The notes under the pieces: generated by a model | What the model was told of the DNA's origin: nothing | Database searches by the model: none | The model's input: the letters and a program-made list of their open reading frames with translations, nothing else | Assembly (NCBI GenBank): GCA_020063565.1 | Contig: JAICDB010000008.1 | Coordinates: 39,914 to 103,913 of the forward strand | Direction: 5' to 3' | Length of the DNA stretch: 64,000 nucleotides | Origin: Clostridiales bacterium | GTDB taxonomy: Bacteria; Bacillota; DSM-16504; Desulfitibacterales; JAICDB01 | Position numbers and translations under genes: made by a program | Part shown: positions 10,548 to 19,675 of the stretch, piece by piece | How the letters are laid out: every line of letters starts with the position of its first letter | How positions within the stretch are numbered: the first letter of the stretch is position 1

Positions 10548-10946
10548 ATGAGTGGATTGTTTGGAAAAAAAGATGAAGCAAATTTCGATAGAGTAGACAC
10601 TTTAATTGGTAAGGATACGGTTTTTGAAGGTAGCATCAATGCTAAGGGAACCCTACGAGTAGACGGAAAAATTACCGGGCAAGTAAATTGCCAAGGAGAC
10701 GTTGTAATTGGAGAAAGCGGAGTTGTAGAAGCCGATTTAAGGGCAAGGCATATCCTTGTTGCAGGTACTATAAATGGTAATGTAATAGCCCAGGCTAAAG
10801 TTGAATTAGCATCAACCGGTACTGTCAGAGGGGATATTAACGTAGCAAGCATAATAATAGATGATGGAGCGGTGTTTGAAGGAAACTGTACCATGAAAAG
10901 TAACGAAAAAGCAGGGCATGTAAAAGAAAATAATATTGAAAAATAG
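10548..10946 (+). CDS. bactofilin (polymer-forming cytoskeletal protein)
   Basis: 132 aa with the beta-helical repeat pattern IGKDTVFEGSINAKGTLRVDGKITGQV...VVIGESGVVEADL...ILVAGTINGNV. Confidence 0.85.
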   Translation: MSGLFGKKDEANFDRVDTLIGKDTVFEGSINAKGTLRVDGKITGQVNCQGDVVIGESGVVEADLRARHILVAGTINGNVIAQAKVELASTGTVRGDINVASIIIDDGAVFEGNCTMKSNEKAGHVKENNIEK

Positions 10947-10971
10947 CAGCCTAAAGAGGCTGTATTTTTTT
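10947..10971 (+). terminator. rho-independent terminator
   Basis: Hairpin CAGCCT-aaag-AGGCTG followed by a T-run, immediately after the bactofilin stop. Confidence 0.6.
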
Positions 10972-11122
10972 GTGCTTTTTAAAAGGAATAAAGAAATTAT
11001 TTTCACAACTCGTTTTTACCTGCATAACATAATTCAGGAAAAAATAAATCCCTTTTAACTCAAAAAATAACAAAAGGTGAGGTGAGAGAAACCACATTGT
11101 GGTTAAAAAAGCTTAAAAGGGG

Positions 11123-11950
11123 ATGATGAAAATTAGTTTTCTAGGAGAAGGTTGGCAAGGAGTCTTTGATTTTCCGTACAAGGAAAGAAACAAAAAGCCG
11201 AGGATTATAGGCCAAACGATGGTAATAGATAAAGGATTAGGGCTAACGGAAGTTAAGGAATTACTTGATACAGCAGCTAACTATATTGATTATATCAAAC
11301 TGGGGTTTGGCACTTCGGCGCTTTACTCAGCTAATCTCCTTGAGAAAAAAATTGCTCTGGTAAAATCATATGGGGTTGATATTTATCCAGGTGGAACATT
11401 TTTGGAAATTGCTATGTTACAGAATAATTTGGCGCCGTATTTGGAAAGAGCTAAAAAATTAGGTTTCACTTGTATCGAAGTTTCTGATGGTACAATTGAA
11501 ATGAGCCAAAAAATGAGAAAAGAGGCAATAGATAGGGCGCATCAAATGGGATTTAAAGTATTAAGTGAGGTGGGAAAGAAAGATAGTAGGGATGAATTGT
11601 CAGATACTAAGATCTTGGAACAAATACAATTAGATATCGAATATGGCGTTTACAAGGTAATAGTTGAAGGTAGAGAGTCTGGAAAGGGAGTTGTAATATA
11701 TGATGAGAATGGAGTTATTAAAGAGGCAGAACTAGAAAAAATGATAAAGGGAATAAGTCAATCTGAAAAAATACTCTGGGAAGCACCCCTTAAGAACCAG
11801 CAAAAGGAACTGATAATGTGCTTTGGACCGAACGTCTCATTGGGCAATATCCATCCTGAAGATGTTCTCGCTTTAGAAGCTTTGCGGCTGGGACTTAGAG
11901 GTGATACCCTTAGAAATTATATTATAAATAATAAAAAATCAGTAGGTTAG
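11123..11950 (+). CDS. phosphosulfolactate synthase family protein (ComA/YitD-like)
   Basis: 275 aa with MVIDKGLGL, DYIDYIKLGFGTSALY and IYPGGTFLEIA, typical of the (2R)-phospho-3-sulfolactate synthase fold. Confidence 0.7.
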   Translation: MMKISFLGEGWQGVFDFPYKERNKKPRIIGQTMVIDKGLGLTEVKELLDTAANYIDYIKLGFGTSALYSANLLEKKIALVKSYGVDIYPGGTFLEIAMLQNNLAPYLERAKKLGFTCIEVSDGTIEMSQKMRKEAIDRAHQMGFKVLSEVGKKDSRDELSDTKILEQIQLDIEYGVYKVIVEGRESGKGVVIYDENGVIKEAELEKMIKGISQSEKILWEAPLKNQQKELIMCFGPNVSLGNIHPEDVLALEALRLGLRGDTLRNYIINNKKSVG

Positions 11951-12042
11951 CTATATTAAGGTCTGTTTCCATGTGGAGATAGACCTTTTTGTATAAGTGG
12001 GCTAATTACGAGATAAAATAAGGTTAAAGGAGGTGGAAAGAG

Positions 12043-12288
12043 ATGCAATGGACAATTGGACTTGATAAGGATTTGTCTAGAATGAGACAAGCGTTAGAAC
12101 AAGAAGGATACAATGTAGTTGATCTCCAGGATAATAACATAAATAGTGTAGATGCAATAGTTGTATGTGGCATGGAAAATAATTTACTGGGAATGGAAGA
12201 AACTAAAACAAAAGCTGCGGTGATAGATTCTTCCGGTAAAACTGCGGAAGAGATTATAGCGGACATAAAAAACAGCCTTCCTCAATAA
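12043..12288 (+). CDS. ykuS: YkuS-family protein (UPF0180)
   Basis: 81 aa containing LEQEGYNVVDL...VDAIVVCG. The size and pattern match YkuS of spore formers. Confidence 0.6.
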   Translation: MQWTIGLDKDLSRMRQALEQEGYNVVDLQDNNINSVDAIVVCGMENNLLGMEETKTKAAVIDSSGKTAEEIIADIKNSLPQ

Positions 12289-12504
12289 AAAATATACCCT
12301 TCCTCAAAAAATAGTAAAATAAGGGAGGGTATATTTTTATACAGCTAGAAAGTATAACTTTGGGGGATGCATAAATTAAACTAAGCCTTGCACCTGCGCT
12401 AGACTTTTACTATTCTTGCATAAGTGCTACTACTTCAATAAATTGGCAAGTCTTTTTTAGCGCAAGCCAAGTTTTCATTTGATTCGGGAAAGGAAGATAA
12501 GGGG

Positions 12505-13161
12505 ATGGAGTTTCAAAAATTAAAAGAAAATAAGGAACTGGAATATTATATAGAAAAATGTAATGAATACATTAGTGTACTTGGAGCTTTAGAACATAGT
12601 ATCAGACATTCAAAAATAGTTTCCAAAAGAAGTTATTACTTGCTGAAAAGCTTGGAATATGATGAAAGGACCTGCCTCCTTTCAAGTATTGCCGGATATT
12701 TTCATGATATAGGAAATCTTATCAACCGCTATGAACATGGTCGCTCAGGAGCTTTATTTCTTCTGCCCTTTTTAAAGGAAATCGGTTTATCAACTGCTGA
12801 AATTAGTACCATCCTTGGAGCTATTGGCAACCATGAGGAAAGAACTGGTTTCATAGTAAATCCTGTGGCTTCAGCAGTTATCATTGCAGATAAATCAGAA
12901 CTTTATAAGCAGAGGGTCAGGAAAAAGGATATAGCTACTTTTAAGCAAAGGGATAGGGTTAATTTTGCAGTACAAAATACAAGTCTGGAAGTAGATAACG
13001 TTAATAAAACAATAACTATGTACCTGGAGATTGACACAAGTATCTCTTCAGTTATGGAGTATTTTGAAATATTTCTTACAAAAATGTTAATGTGCCAGAG
13101 AGCAGCAAATTTTTTAAAATGTAAATTTCAGCTCTTCATAAATAAAGTCAGACTTCTTTAA
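12505..13161 (+). CDS. HD-domain phosphohydrolase
   Basis: It has YFHDIGN and GNHEE motifs in 218 aa. Confidence 0.7.
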   Translation: MEFQKLKENKELEYYIEKCNEYISVLGALEHSIRHSKIVSKRSYYLLKSLEYDERTCLLSSIAGYFHDIGNLINRYEHGRSGALFLLPFLKEIGLSTAEISTILGAIGNHEERTGFIVNPVASAVIIADKSELYKQRVRKKDIATFKQRDRVNFAVQNTSLEVDNVNKTITMYLEIDTSISSVMEYFEIFLTKMLMCQRAANFLKCKFQLFINKVRLL

Positions 13162-13772
13162 GGAAGTACCGACTTTTTGTAAAGTGTAGTTTTTGCAATA
13201 CCTTCTGCTATTATTTCACTCGTAACCTCTGCCATATTCATTACTATACTTAGGCGTGTATTTTGAAGTACAAAATATTCCAAGTAGCCACCAACATTTA
13301 CAATACCGGTCAAATGCAGTTGCCCAACCTCTGGCAACTGTTTTTTTACACCTGTTCCAGGCTTTAAGGGACCTTCAGCTAGGGTTATATAGCCAACGCT
13401 GTCCGATCTTCCCAGACAAGCATCAATCCCTATCACAATTGGATTATAAAATATATTATTAATTTCTTTAAGTTTGTTTTCTAAATTAGTGGCGTGCACA
13501 GGGTCATTAAGGGTGCCATAAATGGCAAACTCACCGGGGCACTGGATATTTTTCGTAAGTAACATGTTTCCAACAAGTGGGCCAAAACTGTCTCCAGTTG
13601 ACCTATCTGTTCCTACCCCGACAATAACAATTGGTTGTGAAAGGGATTTATCCAATGATATTAACATTTCTGCCAGTACTGTTGAGAAATGATCAATAAT
13701 ATTTAAATCCTCATAATATTTTCGAACTATTAAGGGTTTTCCCCCGTTATTTTCTAAAAAAGAAAGCTTCAT
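13158..13772 (-). CDS. yyaC: sporulation protein YyaC (GPR-like protease fold)
   Basis: Motif IVIVGVGTDRSTGDSFGPLVG in 204 aa. The ori-proximal location matches that in Bacillus. Confidence 0.75.
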   Translation of the reverse strand: MKLSFLENNGGKPLIVRKYYEDLNIIDHFSTVLAEMLISLDKSLSQPIVIVGVGTDRSTGDSFGPLVGNMLLTKNIQCPGEFAIYGTLNDPVHATNLENKLKEINNIFYNPIVIGIDACLGRSDSVGYITLAEGPLKPGTGVKKQLPEVGQLHLTGIVNVGGYLEYFVLQNTRLSIVMNMAEVTSEIIAEGIAKTTLYKKSVLP

Positions 13773-13901
13773 CTGGGGGCACCTCCCTTTCGTGTTATGT
13801 CTAGAGTATATGTCAAAAAGGAGAAATTTATACGTTTATGGTTCAGATTTAAAACTAGCCGGCATATTTTTTAGAAGGGTGATCTAGTAGGGGGGATAAA
13901 T

Positions 13902-14960
13902 TTGAAAAATAATGCTATATTAAAAATAGCGGCTACGTATATTGGGGCAATAATTGGCGCAGGTTTTGCTTCGGGGCAGGAACTGGTACAGTTTTTTGCT
14001 AATTATGGAAGTAAAGGATTTGCGGGAATACTTCTTGCAGGGGCAGGTTTTGCCATTTTGGGAGCATTAATAGTTAGAATAGTTGTAAGTGAAAAGACCA
14101 GGGGATATGAAGATTTTTTTAAAGTACTGTTAGGAAAAAAAGTAGGGTGGTTAATTCAAATTTGGGTTACTTTAACGCTTTTTATCGGGCTAAGTATAAT
14201 GTTTGCAGGATGTGGGTCCATATTTAGAGAACAGTTTCAAATTCCTTATGTCCTGGGTGTTTTTATATCAATGCTTTTTGTAGCAATAGCGCTTTTTAAT
14301 GGTGAGAATGGCTTATTGAATTTTAATATGTATTTAGTTCCGGTTTTGACTATAATAATATTTGGAATTTCATTATATACCATTACTAAAGGGTTTAAGG
14401 CGATTTCCATAGCTAATATTAATCCATTAATTGGTACAAACTGGCTAAAGGCAAGTATTCTTTATGTTTCATATAATATAGTTACAGGTTCAGTAGTTTT
14501 ATCATCATTATCCTATGAAAAACTGGGTAAAAAAACTTTAACATACGGTTGTATTTTGGGAGGTTGTTGTTTAGGCTTTCTTGGCCTTGTAATGGTGGGA
14601 TCTTTGATGGTTGATTTCACCTCTCTAGATGAACTGGATATTCCCATGATATTTGTAGCAGGAGAAATTAATAATTTATCCATATATCTTTATGGAGCTG
14701 TTTTATGGCTTGCAATGTTGACAACTGCTGCTGCAAACGCCTTTTGTTTATTACGAAGAATAACCAGTGTATGGAATATTTCAAATTGGTTTGCGGGGTT
14801 ACTATTAATTTTTTCCTCATTTCCAGTAGCAATGCTGGGCTTTCAGGGACTTATTGCAAACTTTTACCCCATTTTTGGTTATGTTGGCCTCGTACTTATA
14901 ATAGCAATAGTATTTCATACAGTAAGAAACAATATCCTCTCTTTGACGTCTAAGTGGTAA
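13902..14960 (+). CDS. YkvI-family membrane transporter-like protein
   Basis: Polytopic, 352 aa, with the N-terminus IAATYIGAIIGAGFASGQELVQFF characteristic of YkvI. Confidence 0.65.
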   Translation: MKNNAILKIAATYIGAIIGAGFASGQELVQFFANYGSKGFAGILLAGAGFAILGALIVRIVVSEKTRGYEDFFKVLLGKKVGWLIQIWVTLTLFIGLSIMFAGCGSIFREQFQIPYVLGVFISMLFVAIALFNGENGLLNFNMYLVPVLTIIIFGISLYTITKGFKAISIANINPLIGTNWLKASILYVSYNIVTGSVVLSSLSYEKLGKKTLTYGCILGGCCLGFLGLVMVGSLMVDFTSLDELDIPMIFVAGEINNLSIYLYGAVLWLAMLTTAAANAFCLLRRITSVWNISNWFAGLLLIFSSFPVAMLGFQGLIANFYPIFGYVGLVLIIAIVFHTVRNNILSLTSKW

Positions 14961-15198
14961 ACTATCTTAAAGACCGGGTAAGCTATTCTACAATTCACGT
15001 CCACCTTTATCAACCACTGACAAGTAACTCTCAGGTACAAGCAAATGGTATTGGATTTGCATAGCCCCTGTGATAGTACCTTTAGGAGGAGTAATTTACT
15101 TAGCATTATTCATTAAAAAAAGAAGGAGTAAGTCCTCTTAAATTGAATACTAAAAATATATATTGGTAATAAAGTTTTGTAAAAAATAGATAAGAAAG

Positions 15199-15435
15199 GT
15201 GTTGTTTGATACTATTCTTTCCTCTTTGATAAGCTTTATCGGAGTAGGAGGTTTCTTTGGCGGTTTTATGATGGGTGGTCCTAAAATAGGAATTCCATCA
15301 GTAGGGATTCTTGGTTTACTTATCGGTTTAATGTATCTTGGCTTTGCCATTTATGCCATCTATGGAGCTTATCGCGGATTTACAGGCCAGGATTTTGAAT
15401 ATGCAATTATAGGGGACTTTATAAGGAAAATTTAA
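15199..15435 (+). CDS. small Gly-rich membrane protein, unknown function
   Basis: 78-aa ORF with a GTG start and two hydrophobic Gly-rich segments. No family was recognised. Confidence 0.4.
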   Translation: MLFDTILSSLISFIGVGGFFGGFMMGGPKIGIPSVGILGLLIGLMYLGFAIYAIYGAYRGFTGQDFEYAIIGDFIRKI

Positions 15436-15462
15436 TATAAACTTGTACAGGGGTGTATTTTT

Positions 15463-16860
15463 GTGGAAGATAAAAAAAATCTCTTACGTAACTTGCCTGG
15501 TGTTGATAAGATTTTAGAGCAAAAAGAAATTAAAACATTTTTAGAAAAGCTTCCTCGCTCTTATGTTGTAGAAGTGATTCGGCAAATACTGGATGAAACT
15601 AGAAAAGAAATATTAAGTGGTAATCTCAACATTTTTAAATCCGACCAGGTAATCCGGAAAATAAAGAAAGCTTTAGATAAAAACACCCACAGGAGCTTAC
15701 AAAGGGTTATAAATGCAACGGGAATAATTTTGCACACTAACCTGGGACGAGCTTTCTTAAGTGAAAGTGCTCAAGCAGCGGTACAGAATATAATAAAGGG
15801 GTATTCAAATTTGGAGTTTAACCTCCAAACGGGAAAAAGGGGAAGCCGCTACAGCCACGTAGAAGATATTCTTTGTAAAATAACCGGAGCTGAAAGCGCC
15901 CTGGTAGTAAATAATAATGCTGCGGCTGTTATGCTGGTACTGGGAACTCTGGCTAAGGATAGAGAGGTTATTGTTTCAAGGGGCCAACTGGTTGAAATCG
16001 GCGGCTCCTTTAGGGTACCGGATGTAATGTCTGCAAGTGGTGCAAAGCTTGTAGAAGTGGGCACAACCAACAAAACTTATATTTCTGACTATGAAAATGC
16101 TATTACTGAAAATACTGCTCTTCTTTTAAAGGTACATACAAGTAATTTCAGGGTAGTAGGATTTACCAATGAAGCTACTTCGGAGGAATTAGTTAATTTA
16201 GGAAGAAGGAAGGGATTGCCGGTATTTGAGGATCTGGGAAGCGGCTTTTTAGTAGAGCTCTTCAAGTGGGGAATCACAGATGAACCTACTGTCCAGCAGA
16301 GTATAAAAAGCGGAATTGATGTAGTATCATTTAGCGGTGATAAGTTACTGGGAGGCCCGCAGGCGGGAATTATCGTTGGGAAAAAGGTATATGTTGATAA
16401 AATGAAAAAAAATCCTCTTACCAGAGCTTTAAGGGTTGATAAAATGACAATTGCTGCCCTTGAAGCTACCCTCTGGGAGTATCTTGATAGTGAGAAAGTG
16501 GTGCGTACGAATCCTACTTTAGCGCTTTTGACAATGGATAAAGAAAAATTACATGAGAAAGCGCTCAAACTTAAAGGAATGCTTGAAGAGGCACTTGAAA
16601 GCAGTGTAAGCCTGGCAATTGAAAAAGGTTTTTCAAAGGCAGGAGGTGGCAGTCTACCCCTGCAAGAATTGCCAACATATTTGGTAACTCTTGTACCACA
16701 GGAAATAACTGTAGAAACGGCGGCTGCTAAATTGAGGGATGCTTCTATTCCGGTGGTTACCAGGATAATAGATGATAAGCTTGCATTTGACCCGCGAACC
16801 ATAACAGATGAGGAAATGTCCCTACTAGTCCAATCTGTAAAGGATGTTATAACACCTTAA
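15463..16860 (+). CDS. selA: L-seryl-tRNA(Sec) selenium transferase SelA
   Basis: 465 aa. N-terminus LRNLPGVDKILE, PLP-lysine region VVSFSGDKLLGGPQAG. It is followed by selB and tRNA-Sec. Confidence 0.92.
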   Translation: MEDKKNLLRNLPGVDKILEQKEIKTFLEKLPRSYVVEVIRQILDETRKEILSGNLNIFKSDQVIRKIKKALDKNTHRSLQRVINATGIILHTNLGRAFLSESAQAAVQNIIKGYSNLEFNLQTGKRGSRYSHVEDILCKITGAESALVVNNNAAAVMLVLGTLAKDREVIVSRGQLVEIGGSFRVPDVMSASGAKLVEVGTTNKTYISDYENAITENTALLLKVHTSNFRVVGFTNEATSEELVNLGRRKGLPVFEDLGSGFLVELFKWGITDEPTVQQSIKSGIDVVSFSGDKLLGGPQAGIIVGKKVYVDKMKKNPLTRALRVDKMTIAALEATLWEYLDSEKVVRTNPTLALLTMDKEKLHEKALKLKGMLEEALESSVSLAIEKGFSKAGGGSLPLQELPTYLVTLVPQEITVETAAAKLRDASIPVVTRIIDDKLAFDPRTITDEEMSLLVQSVKDVITP

Positions 16861-16878
16861 ATGGAGGGTATAACTGGC

Positions 16879-18810
16879 ATGGAATATATCATAGTTGGTA
16901 CGGCAGGTCATGTGGACCATGGAAAAACAGTTTTGGTAAGTAAACTGACAGGTATAAATACAGATAGATTGGAAGAGGAAAAGAAACGAGGAATTTCAAT
17001 AAAACTAGGCTTTGCTCCTTTGAAGTTACCCAGTGGACGCCTTCTGGGCCTGGTAGATGTTCCCGGCCATGAAAAATTTATTAAGGAAATGCTGGCGGGA
17101 ATAGGCGGTATGGACCTGGTGATGTTGATTGTGGCTGCAGATGAAGGTGTAATGCCGCAAACCCAGGAACATTTGGATATAATAGACCTTTTACAAATCA
17201 AAAAAGGCTTGGTAGTTATTACTAAAAAAGACCTGGTTGATGAAGAGTGGCTTCAGCTCGTTAAAGAAGATATCAAGGAGGCTTTACAGGGTACGGTTCT
17301 GGAAGGCGCCCCCATAGTAGCTGTTTCTGCCCAAAAGGGAGAAGGACTCGATGAGCTCATTTCCTTATTGGATAAACTGGCTGCCGAAACTCCGGGGAAG
17401 GATATGACCGGAAAGGTCCGCTTGCCTATTGATAGGGCATTTACTGTTTCGGGATTTGGAACTGTGGTAACAGGTACTTTATGGTCCGGAAAAATTTCAG
17501 TAGGCGATACTCTAGAAATTCAACCCGGAGGCCAATCTGTAAGGGTAAGGGGATTGCAGGTTCATGAAAAGCAAGTTGAAGAGGCCTTTGCCGGGCAGAG
17601 GGTTGCAGTAAACCTGGCATCATTACAGGTTAGCGATGTACCACGAGGCGGTGTTCTATTAGCAAAAGACTACTTAAAACCTTCATATCGTTTGGATGCT
17701 AAACTAAAACTTGTTTCTTCCATAGATAAACCTTTAAAAAATCGAGCGAGAGTTAGAGTTCATTTGGGAACAAGTGAAAACCTAGCACGGGTAAGCATTT
17801 TGGAGAAAGAAGAATTGCAATCGGGAGAAGAGTCCTTTGTACAACTCTTAATGGAAAAACCGCTCCTGGCAGCACGGGGTGACCGTTTTGTAATTCGCTC
17901 TTATTCGCCTATGCATACTATTGGTGGTGGAGAAATAATAGAACCCCAGGCTAAAAAGCTGAAAAGGTTCCGCCCTGAAACAATAGAGATTTTGGAGACA
18001 AAACTGATGGGTTCTCCGGAAGAATTAATAGAACAGCACCTGGATTCTCTTGATAAAAAAGATTCTATAGGAAAGATCAAAAATATATCTGAAATAGCAG
18101 CTGCAATTGGGATGTCTGAAGAGGAAACTGAAAAAGCTTCCAAAAAGCTGGTTGCAGAAGAAAAAATAAAAGAATTTGAAATAGAAAATATCTACTATTA
18201 TATGGGAAATAAAACTTATAACAAAATTATGGAAATTTTACAAAGTGAGCTAAAAAAATACCATGACAAATATCACCTCAGACCGGGCTTGTCTAAAGAA
18301 GAACTGCGGTCGCGCTATTTCAACAACTGGAGTTCAAGGCAGTTTAACGAATTGTTAACTTATCTTAAGGAGCAGGGAAAAATAGAAATAAAAGGCAGTT
18401 ATGTCTCCATGCCCGATTTTAAGGTTATTCCTTCTGATAAAGAAAAAGAACTTCTTAAAAAAATACTTGAGCAGTATGAAGAGAATAAATTTAAACCTCC
18501 CGGTTGGGAAGAACTGATGGGTGAATTAAATATACCTTCCTCTCTGGCAAATGAACTTCAGCAATATTTGCAGTATAAAGAGGATTTAGTGAAGATAGCT
18601 CCTGATATTTTACTGCATAACAAATGGCTGGATAAGGCAAAAGAAATGATCAATATACATCTGGAGGAAAAAGGAGAAATCCTTCTGAGTGAAGCTAGAG
18701 ATCTGCTGGAAAGTTCCCGTAAGTATGTTCTTCCCCTTTTGGAATATTTTGATAGCATCAAATTTACTAAGAGGGTTGGAGATAAAAGGATAAAGGCAAG
18801 GCAGGGGTAA
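16879..18810 (+). CDS. selB: selenocysteine-specific elongation factor SelB
   Basis: ORF 16861..18810, with the likely ATG at 16879 after the RBS GGAGGG. G-domain motifs GHVDHGKT, DVPGHEKF and TKKD are present, with a long C-terminal winged-helix extension. Confidence 0.92.
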   Translation: MEYIIVGTAGHVDHGKTVLVSKLTGINTDRLEEEKKRGISIKLGFAPLKLPSGRLLGLVDVPGHEKFIKEMLAGIGGMDLVMLIVAADEGVMPQTQEHLDIIDLLQIKKGLVVITKKDLVDEEWLQLVKEDIKEALQGTVLEGAPIVAVSAQKGEGLDELISLLDKLAAETPGKDMTGKVRLPIDRAFTVSGFGTVVTGTLWSGKISVGDTLEIQPGGQSVRVRGLQVHEKQVEEAFAGQRVAVNLASLQVSDVPRGGVLLAKDYLKPSYRLDAKLKLVSSIDKPLKNRARVRVHLGTSENLARVSILEKEELQSGEESFVQLLMEKPLLAARGDRFVIRSYSPMHTIGGGEIIEPQAKKLKRFRPETIEILETKLMGSPEELIEQHLDSLDKKDSIGKIKNISEIAAAIGMSEEETEKASKKLVAEEKIKEFEIENIYYYMGNKTYNKIMEILQSELKKYHDKYHLRPGLSKEELRSRYFNNWSSRQFNELLTYLKEQGKIEIKGSYVSMPDFKVIPSDKEKELLKKILEQYEENKFKPPGWEELMGELNIPSSLANELQQYLQYKEDLVKIAPDILLHNKWLDKAKEMINIHLEEKGEILLSEARDLLESSRKYVLPLLEYFDSIKFTKRVGDKRIKARQG

Positions 18811-18860
18811 ATTATTTCAATAAATATTATAAATTACCAGGAGATCAATTCATATAAAAT

Positions 18861-18890
18861 TTGCATAAGAGGTGAACTATGTGTTAAAAT
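18861..18890 (+). promoter_or_regulatory. candidate sigmaA promoter for tRNA-Sec
   Basis: TTGCAT, an 18-nt spacer, then TAAAAT with an upstream TG (extended -10), about 20 nt before the tRNA 5' end. Confidence 0.4.
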
Positions 18891-18912
18891 GATATTTGCT
18901 TGCACTGGGTGT

Positions 18913-19010
18913 GGGAGTGGATAAGGCCTGGTGGCCTGCCTGGACTTCAAATCCAGATGTGAGGCGGCGATCCCGTCTCAGGTGGGTTCGATTCCCACAC
19001 ATTCCCGCCA
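18913..19010 (+). tRNA. selC: tRNA-Sec (anticodon TCA)
   Basis: 98 nt. Elements seen:
- acceptor GGGAGTG pairing with CACATTCCC, then G and an encoded CCA
- D-arm AGGCC/TGGT/GGCCT
- anticodon stem CTGGA/TCCAG with loop CTTCAAA
- long variable arm GAGGCGG/CCGTCTC
- T-arm GTGGG-TTCGATT-CCCAC
It lies directly downstream of selAB. Confidence 0.85.
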
Positions 19011-19025
19011 GTTATAGTATACCAA

Positions 19026-19072
19026 GGGTTGTATGCGGTTTACTAAAGTAACTGTATATAGCCCTTTTTTTT
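19026..19072 (+). terminator. rho-independent terminator after tRNA-Sec
   Basis: Long imperfect hairpin GGGTTGTATGCGGTTTAC / GTAACTGTATATAGCCC followed by T8. Confidence 0.6.
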
Positions 19073-19123
19073 ATGTATTGCCCAGTATTCTGGAGATGGA
19101 ATGCGGATAGTGCCTTCTGCGGA

Positions 19124-19166
19124 GGGATAGGCTGATAATTCTTATTATGAAGCCTATCCCTTTTTT
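19124..19166 (+). terminator. second, orphan hairpin-plus-T-run
   Basis: GGGATAGGCT, a 17-nt loop, AGCCTATCCC, then TTTTTT. No annotated gene precedes it. Confidence 0.5.
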
Positions 19167-19232
19167 AACTACTAGGTCTAGAACCTGCTTTTTTAGTTAT
19201 TTCCCAACTTAAATAAAGGTAGTAAAAAAAGA

Positions 19233-19261
19233 TTGACTTAGAACATGTGTTCGAATATAAT
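19233..19261 (+). promoter_or_regulatory. sigmaA promoter with embedded LexA (Cheo) box
   Basis: TTGACT (19233-19238), a 17-nt spacer and TATAAT (19256-19261). The spacer contains GAACATGTGTTC (19241-19252), a perfect GAAC-N4-GTTC. Confidence 0.6.
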
Positions 19262-19291
19262 AATTTTTGTAGGGAAGGGAGGGATTATTTT

Positions 19292-19384
19292 ATGGATCAC
19301 AGCTGCCCCGATTGTGGACAGGAGCTGCTACCTGATTCCGGTTGCGCCTACTGCCCCTATTGTGGTTGGTCAAGGTGTGGTTAG
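19292..19384 (+). CDS. 30-aa zinc-ribbon micro-protein (MDHSCPDCGQELLPDSGCAYCPYCGWSRCG)
   Basis: ATG 8 nt after the RBS GGGAAGGGAGGG. It has CxxC...CxxCxxC spacing and sits 30 nt downstream of the LexA-box promoter. It is too short for the ORF track. Confidence 0.45.
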   Translation: MDHSCPDCGQELLPDSGCAYCPYCGWSRCG

Positions 19385-19477
19385 CTTGAAAAAGTAGTCA
19401 TTAAGATAAACTCATTGTTAGCAAAGTCTTCCTTACCGGAATAAGATATAAAAAACGGTAGGGAGGTAAAGCTAACC

Positions 19478-19633
19478 ATGTATATTGATGAAAAAATAAT
19501 AGTAGCTGATGACCTGGGTTTAAAACTCATTCACAATTACCCATCCATTTATACCCTGAAAGTACCCAATAAAATATCGCTTTGGCGTGAACTTGTTGGA
19601 GAAAAAATGAAGATTATAATATTTATAGAATAA
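19478..19633 (+). CDS. 51-aa hypothetical protein
   Basis: ATG after the RBS GGGAGG, ending at the bidirectional hairpin 19637-19664. No family was recognised. Confidence 0.4.
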   Translation: MYIDEKIIVADDLGLKLIHNYPSIYTLKVPNKISLWRELVGEKMKIIIFIE

Positions 19634-19636
19634 AAA

Positions 19637-19664
19637 ACCCAGTAGAATTTATAATCCACTGGGT
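19637..19664. terminator. bidirectional hairpin between convergent small genes
   Basis: ACCCAGT ... ACTGGGT stem flanked by an A-run on the left. Confidence 0.45.
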
Positions 19665-19675
19665 AAGGTATATGA

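Noticed and set aside
15040-15150. Reading frame encoding a TM-plus-basic-tail peptide (..IAPVIVPLGGVIYLALFIKKRRSKSS) downstream of the YkvI-like gene
   Set aside because: It has no start codon with an RBS, and the frame is closed by a TAA 27 nt upstream of the TM segment. It may be a relic of a permease 3' end, but this is not supportable as a feature.
16089-16802. 237-aa minus-strand ORF inside selA. The minus-strand ORFs 1148..1648, 7222..7767, 10511..10894 and 28362..28547 are similar cases.
   Set aside because: All are antisense to genes with clear family signatures. They have Ser/Leu/Pro-rich shadow composition and no ribosome-binding sites.
19073-19135. 20-codon ORF MYCPVFWRWNADSAFCGGIG ending in TGA next to tRNA-Sec, as a possible selenopeptide with SECIS
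   Set aside because: It has no RBS. The TGA sits within the stem-loop rather than upstream of a SECIS-like hairpin, and reading through gives no extended ORF.
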